Shown here piece by piece: positions 49,139 to 59,286 of a DNA stretch of 64,000 nt. The notes under the pieces are model-generated. The model saw nothing but the letters and a program-made list of their open reading frames with translations. It ran no database searches and was not told where the DNA came from. The position numbers were made by a program, and so were the translations under genes. Source of the DNA: an uncultured Gemmatimonadota bacterium (GTDB lineage: Bacteria > JAAXHH01); the NCBI GenBank assembly GCA_951812955.1, contig OX638340.1, forward strand, positions 2,528,001 through 2,592,000. Reading direction: 5' to 3'. Position 1 is the first letter of the stretch, and every line of letters begins with the position of its first letter.

Positions 49139-49951
49139 TTGACTACTCCGTGGTCGAGTGTCCTCTCTCTGAAGATGGCGTCGGAGGGAGGAAGCGGTGA
49201 AGCGCACTACTCGATACTACATGGGTTGTTTCTATTGCTGGGCCCGCTGGCCGAATGGATTCCCAGGCCGGTCAGGCAGCCGGATCTCCTGCTGAACACC
49301 CTGCTCGTCTTCGTAATCGTCCTCGTTCTCGTAACCATCGCGGTAAGAACGCTCAAGCGTATTCCCGAAGGCTCGATCCAGGCCCTTTTCGAAATGGCCG
49401 TCGAAGGGCTGACCGATTTCTTCCTCAATATCGTAGGGGAGCGCGGCAGGAAGTACATTCCCTTTTTCGCCTCCTTTTTCATCTACATCTGGTTCATGAA
49501 CATGCTGGGCGTCATACCCGGCATGCAGTCGCCCACCGCCGATCTGAACACCACGCTCGGATTCGCCCTCATCTCCGTCGTCGCGGCCCATCTCATCGGC
49601 CTGCGCGAGATAGGGATCAAGGCCTATCTCTGGCATTTCTGGGGTGAGCCCAGGTGGATGGGCGTGCTCATGTGCCCGCTCCATATAATCGGCGAGTTCG
49701 CCAAGGTCGTCTCGCTTTCGATACGGCTTTTCGGGAATGTGTTCGGGGAGGAAATGATCCTCCTCGTGCTGGCCGGCCTGTCCCCGGTGCTGCTTTTAGG
49801 CGCCCTGGAAGTGCCCTTCGTGCCGCTGCAGGTCCCGATGTTGATGTTCGCGGTGTTTTCCGGGACGATTCAGGCGATGATCTTCTCGGTGCTCAGCGCC
49901 GTGTACGTAGCCCAGTTCCTGGATCATGGTCACGGGGAAGAAGACCACTGA
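49139..49951 (+). CDS. atpB: F0F1 ATP synthase subunit a
   Basis: ...NMLGVIPG..SPTADLNTTLGFALI...LSIRLFGNVFGEEM... The essential Arg in the LSIRLFGN motif is present. Confidence 0.9.
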   Translation: MTTPWSSVLSLKMASEGGSGEAHYSILHGLFLLLGPLAEWIPRPVRQPDLLLNTLLVFVIVLVLVTIAVRTLKRIPEGSIQALFEMAVEGLTDFFLNIVGERGRKYIPFFASFFIYIWFMNMLGVIPGMQSPTADLNTTLGFALISVVAAHLIGLREIGIKAYLWHFWGEPRWMGVLMCPLHIIGEFAKVVSLSIRLFGNVFGEEMILLVLAGLSPVLLLGALEVPFVPLQVPMLMFAVFSGTIQAMIFSVLSAVYVAQFLDHGHGEEDH

Positions 49952-49976
49952 CGTGCTGTAGGTGCGTATGCTGTGT

Positions 49977-50018
49977 AACGAGTTCAGAATGTTTCAAAAC
50001 GAGTTCAGAATGTTTCAA
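49977..50018. repeat. perfect 21-bp direct tandem repeat (2 copies) in the atpB-atpE spacer
   Basis: AACGAGTTCAGAATGTTTCAA at 49977-49997 and again at 49998-50018. The segment is AT-rich within a GC-rich context. Confidence 0.95.
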
Positions 50019-50073
50019 TATGACGTTATGATGCTGCTGTAATTCGTTCTCCATTCCGAAAGGAGTTTGCTTC

Positions 50074-50346
50074 ATGCTGTACTATATGGGTTTGGGACTA
50101 GGCGTGGCCCTTGCTGTTTCCGTCGCCGCCATCGGCGCCGGCGTTGGACAGGGTATCGCCACCGGTCTGGCCTGCCAGGGCATTTCCCGTCAGCCCGAAG
50201 CCGCCGGCCGCATTCAGCTGGTGATGATCATCGGCCTGGCGTTCATGGAATCGCTGGCTATCTACGGCCTGCTGGTTTTCTTCATGCTCCAGGGCCGGTT
50301 GCCTTCATTCGAGCAGGTCATGCAACTGACTCAGGTCGGACAGTAG
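50074..50346 (+). CDS. atpE: F0F1 ATP synthase subunit c
   Basis: [30 protein letters not shown]...[19 protein letters not shown], with the conserved carboxylate in the FMESL helix. Confidence 0.9.
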   Translation: MLYYMGLGLGVALAVSVAAIGAGVGQGIATGLACQGISRQPEAAGRIQLVMIIGLAFMESLAIYGLLVFFMLQGRLPSFEQVMQLTQVGQ

Positions 50347-50421
50347 GATGCAAACGGACTGCATGGCTTGCGGCGCGCGTCCATCCGGCGCGTGTTGCCG
50401 GCGTTCGAAGGAGCATAGCGC

Positions 50422-50931
50422 GTGTTAGATATCTTGCACGATCTTGGCATTGACCTGAGCACCCTGATCATCCAGATGATCGGGTTCGCCATCCTGTTCT
50501 TCGTCCTGAAGAAGTACGTTTTCGGCATGATCGCCCAGGCCATCGAGGACAGGAAACGGGATATCCGCGACCGCATGGCCGGACTGGACGCGGACCGGGC
50601 GGAACTGGACCGTCTCCACGATGAAGCCAGGCGGCGGCTCGAGGAAATAGAGGCCGAGGCCCGTGAGAAGGTGCAGGCCGCGGTCGACCAGGCCAACGCG
50701 GAGCGCGGCCGGATCCTCGAGCTGACCCAGCAGGACACGGAACGCGAACTGGAGAAGGCGCGCAACACCATCCGGCGCGAGAAGGAACACGCGGTGGCCG
50801 AACTGCGCGCGCAGGTGGGCGACCTGGCGGTGGAGATCGCGGGCAAAGTCCTGAACAGCACACTGGACGCGGCGGAACATCGTAAGGTCGTGGACGAATT
50901 CATCGCACAGATACCCTCTGCGAAGGAATAG
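50422..50931 (+). CDS. atpF: F0F1 ATP synthase subunit b
   Basis: GTG start with GAAGGAG RBS. N-terminal TM helix, then a long charged coiled-coil. Confidence 0.8.
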   Translation: MLDILHDLGIDLSTLIIQMIGFAILFFVLKKYVFGMIAQAIEDRKRDIRDRMAGLDADRAELDRLHDEARRRLEEIEAEAREKVQAAVDQANAERGRILELTQQDTERELEKARNTIRREKEHAVAELRAQVGDLAVEIAGKVLNSTLDAAEHRKVVDEFIAQIPSAKE

Positions 50932-50940
50932 CGGGGAACC

Positions 50941-51480
50941 ATGGCCAGTATGAAAGACATCGCACACAGGTATGCCGGGGCGTGGCTGGAAGCCGCGGCG
51001 GAAAGGGAATTGCTGGAACCGGTCCGCGGCGAAATCGCGGCGTTCGAGCAGCTGTGCCGGGATTCCGAACCCTTTGTGGAATTCATCACGGACAAGGTCA
51101 TACCGGCTGACGTAAAGCAGCGCATTCTGGGCGAATTGTTCGAAGGCAAAGTCCAGGACATCACCCTCAATTTCCTATACCTGCTGGCTACCAGGCGGCG
51201 GGCACGCCTCATGCCGGAGATCCTGGAATCGTGTCGGGAGATCCTGGATGAGTGGGACGGAATCGTAAACGCGGACGTCTCGAGCGCGGTATCGCTTTCA
51301 GAGACGCAGGAGAGCGGCCTGAGGTCGAGCCTTGAAGCGCTTACGGGCAAGCGGATACGGATGAAGACTGGCGTGAACCCGGAACTGATCGGCGGTTTCG
51401 TGGTCCGCGTGGGCGACCAGGTCTTTGACAGCAGCCTGGCCACCCAGCTCCAGCGGGTTCGCCAGTCGCTTGCTTCATAA
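50941..51480 (+). CDS. atpH: F0F1 ATP synthase subunit delta
   Basis: 179 aa. RYAGAWLEAA... and the C-terminus NPELIGGFVVRVGDQVFDSSL are typical OSCP/delta features. Confidence 0.85.
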   Translation: MASMKDIAHRYAGAWLEAAAERELLEPVRGEIAAFEQLCRDSEPFVEFITDKVIPADVKQRILGELFEGKVQDITLNFLYLLATRRRARLMPEILESCREILDEWDGIVNADVSSAVSLSETQESGLRSSLEALTGKRIRMKTGVNPELIGGFVVRVGDQVFDSSLATQLQRVRQSLAS

Positions 51481-51489
51481 TGAGCATCG

Positions 51490-53034
51490 ATGGAGAAGAC
51501 AATGGCGTTTGATGAAATAGCAATTCGTGCGGACGAGGTCTCCGAACTCCTGAAGCAGCAGGTCCTGGACTTCAAGAGAGAGGTCGACATCTACGAAACG
51601 GGTACCGTGCTCCAGGTGGGCGACGGGATCGCCCGGGTGCAGGGCCTTTCCAACGTGATGGCGAACGAGCTCGTCGAGTTTCCCAATGACGTGGTGGGCA
51701 TGGTGCTCAACCTGGAAGAAGACAACGTCGGATGCATTCTCTTCGGGGACGACCAGTTGATCAAGGAAGGCGATCAGGTCAAACGGACGCAGCGGATCGT
51801 CGAGTGCGCCGTGGGCGACGGCATGCTGGGCCGCGTGGTGGACTCCCTGGGCCGGCCTATCGACGGCAAGGGGTCCGTCATCGGAACGGAGTCGCGCCCG
51901 ATTGAGACGAAGGCGCCCGGCGTGGTGCAGCGACAGCCCGTAAATGAACCCATGTATACCGGTCTCAAGGTGATCGACAGCATGTTCCCCATCGGAAGGG
52001 GACAGCGCGAGCTGATCATCGGCGACCGGCAGACCGGTAAGACGGCCGTGGCCCTGGACGCGATCATCAACCAGAAGGGCCAGGACGTGGCCTGCATCTA
52101 CGTGGCCATCGGACAGAAGGGTTCGACGATCGCCAAGACGGTCGCGATTTTGGAAGAACACGGCGCCATGGAATACACCACGGTGGTCGTGGCCGCGGCC
52201 AGCGCGCCGGCGCCCATGCAGTTCCTGGCCCCTTACGGCGGGGCGACTATGGGTGAATTCTACCGCGACAATGGCAAGCACGCCCTGGTCATCTACGACG
52301 ACCTGACCAAGCACGCGGTGGCCTACCGTCAGTTGTCGCTGAACCTGCGGCGTCCGCCCGGCCGCGAGGCCTACCCCGGGGACGTGTTCTACCTGCATTC
52401 CCGGCTCCTGGAACGTGCAGCCAAGATGAGCGACGAATACGGCGCCGGCTCGCTGACCGCGCTGCCTGTCATCGAAACCCAGTTCGGCGACGTGTCTACG
52501 TACATCCCGACCAACGTGATATCCATCACCGACGGCCAGATCTACCTGGAGTCCAACCTGTTCTTCGCGGGACAGCGGCCGGCCGTCAACGTGGGCCTGT
52601 CGGTATCCCGCGTGGGTGGCGCCGCGCAGATCAAGGCGATGAAGTCGCGCCAGGTGGCCGGTCTGCTCAGAACGTCGCTCGCCCGCTACCGGGAGCTGGA
52701 AGCCTTTGCCCGGTTCGGCACTTCGGGCCTGGACCAGACCACGCAGCGGGAACTTCACTTGGGCGAAAGGCTGGTCGAACTGATCAAGCAGCCGCAGTAC
52801 CGGCCCATGGCGGTCGAAGAGCAGATCATTTCGCTGTATGTGGGCGTCAACGGCATGTTGAACGACCTGTCCGTGGACCAGGTGCAGCCCTTCGTGGCGG
52901 CCTTTCTCCAACACATGGAGACACATCATTCGGACGTGGGCCGTGAAATCAGGGAAACCGAACAGTTGTCCGAGGATGCGGAACAGCATATCCGGGACGC
53001 GGCCAAGGAATTCAGCAAGACGTTCAACGGTTAG
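51490..53034 (+). CDS. atpA: F0F1 ATP synthase subunit alpha
   Basis: [50 protein letters not shown]. Confidence 0.95.
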   Translation: MEKTMAFDEIAIRADEVSELLKQQVLDFKREVDIYETGTVLQVGDGIARVQGLSNVMANELVEFPNDVVGMVLNLEEDNVGCILFGDDQLIKEGDQVKRTQRIVECAVGDGMLGRVVDSLGRPIDGKGSVIGTESRPIETKAPGVVQRQPVNEPMYTGLKVIDSMFPIGRGQRELIIGDRQTGKTAVALDAIINQKGQDVACIYVAIGQKGSTIAKTVAILEEHGAMEYTTVVVAAASAPAPMQFLAPYGGATMGEFYRDNGKHALVIYDDLTKHAVAYRQLSLNLRRPPGREAYPGDVFYLHSRLLERAAKMSDEYGAGSLTALPVIETQFGDVSTYIPTNVISITDGQIYLESNLFFAGQRPAVNVGLSVSRVGGAAQIKAMKSRQVAGLLRTSLARYRELEAFARFGTSGLDQTTQRELHLGERLVELIKQPQYRPMAVEEQIISLYVGVNGMLNDLSVDQVQPFVAAFLQHMETHHSDVGREIRETEQLSEDAEQHIRDAAKEFSKTFNG

Positions 53035-53044
53035 AAAGGGTACC

Positions 53045-55334
<2,290 letters not shown>

Positions 55335-55337
55335 ATC

Positions 55338-55739
55338 ATGGCGGGCGAATTTCCTTTAGTCATCGTTACGCCTTCCTGCATGGCCTATGAAGGCGAAGTG
55401 CGCAACGTGCTGGCGCCGGGCACCGATGGATACTTCGAGGTGCTGATCGGCCATGTGCCCATGCTCACCTCACTGCGGCCCGGAATCCTCTCCATCCGGA
55501 ACGAAGACGGCCGTACCAGGTACGCCGTGTCCGGCGGATTCGTCGAAGTGCTGCGGTCCCAGGTTACCATCCTGGCCGAAACCATCGAAGCGGAAGGCGA
55601 CATCGACGTGGAGCGTGCGCAACGGGCCGAGAAACGGGCGCGCCAGCGCCTGGAATCGGATGAAGACGGCGTCGACGTCGAACGGGCCATGTCCTCGCTG
55701 GACCGGGCGCTCAACCGCATCAAGGCGAGCCAGCAGTAG
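55338..55739 (+). CDS. atpC: F0F1 ATP synthase subunit epsilon
   Basis: 133 aa. ...PGTDGYFEVLIGHVPMLTSLRPGIL...AVSGGFVEV... is the typical epsilon beta-sandwich plus helical hairpin. Confidence 0.85.
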   Translation: MAGEFPLVIVTPSCMAYEGEVRNVLAPGTDGYFEVLIGHVPMLTSLRPGILSIRNEDGRTRYAVSGGFVEVLRSQVTILAETIEAEGDIDVERAQRAEKRARQRLESDEDGVDVERAMSSLDRALNRIKASQQ

Positions 55740-55745
55740 GACTCT

Positions 55746-55860
55746 CTGCGGCGAGTCCCTCTGCCGCGAGCTCCTATTCGGCGTGTCCCACTGTCGTGAG
55801 TCCCACTGCGGCGAGTCCCTCTACTGCGGGTTCCTCTGTCTCGAGTCCCTTCGCTGCACC
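55746..55860. repeat. degenerate 15-bp tandem repeat array (~7.5 units) filling the atpC-methyltransferase spacer
   Basis: Units are CTGCGGCGAGTCCCT / CTGCCGCGAGCTCCT / ATTCGGCGTGTCCCA / CTGTCGTGAGTCCCA / CTGCGGCGAGTCCCT / CTACTGCGGGTTCCT / CTGTCTCGAGTCCCT / TCGCTGCACC. Units 1 and 5 are identical. Confidence 0.9.
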
Positions 55861-55874
55861 AGGCTTAACTTCTC

Positions 55875-56870
55875 ATGAATCCCAAAGGCAGCGGTGTCGA
55901 ACTTGACCTGATTCCAGTCGCATGCGCAATGTGCGGAAGCGCGGAGACCGAACCGCGTCCTGTGTTCGAGGGATACGACTACGAGTACCGGTCCTGCGAA
56001 AACAGGTTCAGGTTCGTCGCGTGCTCGGATTGCGGACACGTGTATCTGTCGCCGAGGGTTCGGCTGGAGGACATCGATCGCATCTATCCGAGCAACTACA
56101 CGCTTCGCATCACGGAAACCGAGTACCCCACCTTTGCTCCGTTCAGGTGGCTGAAGCTTAACATACTCGACCGGGGATGGAACAGGAAAGTGATCTCGAA
56201 TCTCCGGCCCGGTGCCCGGGTGCTCGATATCGGCGCGGGATTCGGAGGGAATCTGACCTTCCTGGCAGAACTGGCGCCTTTTCCGCTCAAACTCTTCGCC
56301 AATGACTTGAAATTCGAGCCTGAAGCCCGGTCATACCTTTCCGATCGCGGCGTAACCCTAATCGAAGGCCCTGTCGAAGACGTCGCATGCGGAGAACGGT
56401 TCGATGCCATCATCTGCCAACAGGTTATCGAACACGTACCCGATCCCGGACGGATGATCCAATGGATTTCGGATCATCTCGCGCCGGGAGGCGTCGTATA
56501 TCTCGAAACGCCCGATCTGAGCGGGCTTTCCCGTTACTTCTTCAAGAACCACTGGCTTGCCTTAAGTATCCCTCGACACTTCCATATGTTCTCTCGAAAG
56601 GCGTTTGCGGCCTGCGTCGGTAAAGTCGACCTGGAGATCGAGTTCCACGGTGCCATCGTCGAAGCGAGTCATTGGCCTGCAAGCCTCCGGATCAAACTGG
56701 GCATGGATCCGCACGCACCCCGCTCGGCCGGTTTCATGTACAGCCTGATCAGCTACGAAAACTTTCTTATCAAGTCGATTAGCTGCATGATCGATCTGTC
56801 GGCCATCCTGCTGGGAATGTCCACGGTGAGCCAGGCGTTGATTGCGCGGAAACCGGACGCTTCAGCTTAA
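55875..56870 (+). CDS. class I SAM-dependent methyltransferase with an N-terminal Cys4 zinc-ribbon-like motif
   Basis: CAMCGS...CSDCGH pairs. SAM motif I VLDIGAGFGGN. ...FDAIICQQVIEHVPDPGRMI...LAPGGVVYLETP. Confidence 0.75.
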   Translation: MNPKGSGVELDLIPVACAMCGSAETEPRPVFEGYDYEYRSCENRFRFVACSDCGHVYLSPRVRLEDIDRIYPSNYTLRITETEYPTFAPFRWLKLNILDRGWNRKVISNLRPGARVLDIGAGFGGNLTFLAELAPFPLKLFANDLKFEPEARSYLSDRGVTLIEGPVEDVACGERFDAIICQQVIEHVPDPGRMIQWISDHLAPGGVVYLETPDLSGLSRYFFKNHWLALSIPRHFHMFSRKAFAACVGKVDLEIEFHGAIVEASHWPASLRIKLGMDPHAPRSAGFMYSLISYENFLIKSISCMIDLSAILLGMSTVSQALIARKPDASA

Positions 56871-56909
56871 TTTCTACTACGGCCGACGATCGCGAATGAC
56901 TGTATGAAT

Positions 56910-56932
56910 CGATAGGCCGGATTGGCCTATCG
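56910..56932. terminator. perfect 9-bp-stem hairpin between convergent genes (possible bidirectional terminator)
   Basis: CGATAGGCC, loop ggatt, GGCCTATCG. There is no clear U-tract, and it overlaps the stop codon of the minus-strand aldolase gene. Confidence 0.35.
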
Positions 56933-57712
56933 GTCCTTCCGCAGGAATCCAAGTTCTTGCACCGCCCGCCGAAACCCGTCCTTCAAGACCGGCTCATCGC
57001 CGCCAACGAGAAGCAGACGCACACCTTCTTCTATCTGGCGGCGAACGTTCTCCTCGTCATCTGGTGAGCCGAGCAGGGGGTGTCCCACGGGCTTTCCCGT
57101 TCGCTGGCCGGCTTCCCGCACGCGGCGGAGCGCGTCGAGGTACTTTGGATGGTCGAACCGGAATGGAACTCCGAGGGAAATACACAGGTCCACCGGACCC
57201 ACGATACAGCCATCCACCCCCTCCACGGCCATGATGTCGTCGATGCGCTCGACGGCTTCGGCCGACTCGATTATCGGGAGATAGACCACGACGTCATCGA
57301 TCCCGGCGGTGTATTCCTCTTCAAACAACCCGTATCCCGCGGCTCGGTGCGGTCCCCACCCCCGCGTGCCCCGCGGAGGATAGCGGCAGGCGTCCGCCCC
57401 CAGCTTCGCCTCTTCCGGGGTGTTCACGAAGGGGACGACAATTCCCACTGCGCCCATGTCGAGGTATAATTTGATCAGGTCGGGATCGGTACGGGTAATC
57501 CGAACTATCGGCGCGGCTGGCGTACAGCCCGCCGCCTGGATCTGGGCCTGCACGGTAACCGGCGTTTGCGGCGCGTGCTCCGTGTCGATCAGGATCCAGT
57601 CGAAACCGGCCAGTCCGGCCAGTTCCGCGATGGCGGGGGATCCGAATCGAAGCTGTATGCCGAAGGCGGGCTTGCCTTCGGCCATCAGGTTCTTGAGGTG
57701 GCTGTGAATCAT
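56927..57712 (-). CDS. HpcH/HpaI-family aldolase
   Basis: ...GFDWILIDTEHAP..., ...VRI...D...IKLYLDMGAVGIVVPFVNT.EEA..., 261 aa, resembling the 2,4-dihydroxyhept-2-ene-1,7-dioate aldolase family. Confidence 0.7.
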   Translation of the reverse strand: MIHSHLKNLMAEGKPAFGIQLRFGSPAIAELAGLAGFDWILIDTEHAPQTPVTVQAQIQAAGCTPAAPIVRITRTDPDLIKLYLDMGAVGIVVPFVNTPEEAKLGADACRYPPRGTRGWGPHRAAGYGLFEEEYTAGIDDVVVYLPIIESAEAVERIDDIMAVEGVDGCIVGPVDLCISLGVPFRFDHPKYLDALRRVREAGQRTGKPVGHPLLGSPDDEENVRRQIEEGVRLLLVGGDEPVLKDGFRRAVQELGFLRKDR

Positions 57713-57725
57713 GGATCGTCTGCGG

Positions 57726-58520
57726 TCATGTCCTGGTCACGTCCTGGTAGAATCCCAGCTCGAAGAGGCGGTCGAGCCATCGCTGCCGTTTTGGCCTGCC
57801 ATCGGGATTGGCAAGCCAGTACGGATCGACCAGGGGATCGCCGGGTCGGTTGTACTTGGCTGTGGCCTTGCCGTTGTTCGCCCCCTGCTCGCGCGTGGTC
57901 TCGACTTCCTCCGGCGTCCTCGGATTGTTGTAGTACACGCAAGTGCACATGCGCCGGTCGCTGGATCCTCCGTAACTCGCATGCCACAACCGGAGGTCGA
58001 ATCCCACTACGTCGCCCGGTTCCGATACGCAGACATGTGACGGCACTTCCGCGACGGACAGGCCCAGACCGGGCATCACCTTTCTCAGTTCGCCATGGTA
58101 AGGATTTTGGTGCGAACCCGGGATGACGCGCAGCGCGCCGGTCTCCGGTCCCACGGGTTGGAGGTAGAAGGCGAACTTGATGCCGTACTGGTGGATACTG
58201 TGTGTATCCGGATGCCATCCCGTGTTGCCGACGTAACGGTTGGCGTCGGTCGCGATCCCCAGCGCATCTTCGCCGTAGAGCTGTTCGGCGACACCACATA
58301 ACCGGGGATCTTCCATGAGACTCGCGAAGAAGGGCGTGGATTTCCCCATCATCGTGACCCAGTGCCGGACCGAGCCGTCGAAAGGCAGGTGACGGTAAGC
58401 CATTTCCAGCCCGTGGTCGAACTCCCCGTTGATCTGGTCCAGTTCGTCCGGCGTGAAGACCTGGCGCAAGACGACAAAACCAAATGTCTTATAGTGTTGA
58501 TATTGTTGTTCGGTCAACAT
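57726..58520 (-). CDS. phytanoyl-CoA dioxygenase (PhyH) family Fe(II)/2-oxoglutarate oxygenase
   Basis: The N-terminus LTEQQYQHYKTFGFVVLRQVFTPDEL is typical of PhyH proteins. WHPD (HxD) and ...ALRVIPGSH..., later LWHAS. Confidence 0.65.
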   Translation of the reverse strand: MLTEQQYQHYKTFGFVVLRQVFTPDELDQINGEFDHGLEMAYRHLPFDGSVRHWVTMMGKSTPFFASLMEDPRLCGVAEQLYGEDALGIATDANRYVGNTGWHPDTHSIHQYGIKFAFYLQPVGPETGALRVIPGSHQNPYHGELRKVMPGLGLSVAEVPSHVCVSEPGDVVGFDLRLWHASYGGSSDRRMCTCVYYNNPRTPEEVETTREQGANNGKATAKYNRPGDPLVDPYWLANPDGRPKRQRWLDRLFELGFYQDVTRT

Positions 58521-58554
58521 GCCGGGCTCCCCTCCATCTCCAGGTTGAAGCGTG

Positions 58555-59271
58555 TCATATGCGGCGCAGCAGGCGCTGCAGGCGCAGCCACCAGACGATC
58601 CATACCGCCTCGTTGATCACGCCCTGGGAGAGTTTCGATGTGCCTGATCGCCGGTCTACGAAGATAATGGGGATTTCACGCAGGCGATATCCCTTTCGCC
58701 AGCACCGGAAATTCATCTCGATCTGGAAGGCGTATCCGTCGGACCGGACTTCATCCAGCTCGATGTGTTCCAATACTTCGCGGCGGAAGCACTTGTATCC
58801 GCTGGTGGTGTCCCGGATCGTCATCCCCGTGACCAGTCGAGTGTAAATGTTGGCGAAGTAGCTGAGCAGTAACCGGGACATGGGCCAGTTTACCACGTTG
58901 ATGCCGCTGATGTACCGGGATCCGATCACCACGTCGCAGGACGCGATCTCTTCGATGAACCGCGGAACCATGGCGGGATCGTGGGAAAAGTCCGCGTCCA
59001 TCTCGAATACGCAGTCCACGTCCTGTTGGATAGCGTACCTGAAACCCGCAACGTAAGCCGATCCGAGTCCGAGTTTGCCGGGTCGATGCAGGACGCTGAT
59101 CCGTTCATTCTCCGCGGCAAGTTCATCGGCCAGTTTCCCCGTCCCGTCCGGCGAGTTGTCATCCACCACGAGCACGCGGATATCCGGACTCAATGCCATT
59201 AACTCGGGCAAAAGCCGGCGGATGTTCTCGAGCTCGTTGTAGGTGGGGACGATGATCAGGGTTTTCATCAT
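58555..59271 (-). CDS. GT2 polyprenol-phosphate mannosyltransferase-like glycosyltransferase
   Basis: IIVPTYNELENI...VLVVDDNSPDGTG...GKLGLGSAYVAGF...EMDADFSHDP is the Dpm1/Ppm1-type pattern. Confidence 0.8.
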   Translation of the reverse strand: MMKTLIIVPTYNELENIRRLLPELMALSPDIRVLVVDDNSPDGTGKLADELAAENERISVLHRPGKLGLGSAYVAGFRYAIQQDVDCVFEMDADFSHDPAMVPRFIEEIASCDVVIGSRYISGINVVNWPMSRLLLSYFANIYTRLVTGMTIRDTTSGYKCFRREVLEHIELDEVRSDGYAFQIEMNFRCWRKGYRLREIPIIFVDRRSGTSKLSQGVINEAVWIVWWLRLQRLLRRI

Positions 59272-59286
59272 TTTACGGTTCCGGTG

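Noticed and set aside
48197-49207. 336-aa minus-strand ORF across the bactofilin/atpZ/atpI region
   Set aside because: It is Arg/Pro/Ser-rich and antisense to three co-directional genes that fit the atp operon organisation.
55746-55860. 15-bp repeat array as a possible CRISPR array (the arrays at 34062-34185 and 49977-50018 were considered too)
   Set aside because: The units are directly abutting with no unique spacers, they are far shorter than CRISPR repeats, and no cas genes are in the window.
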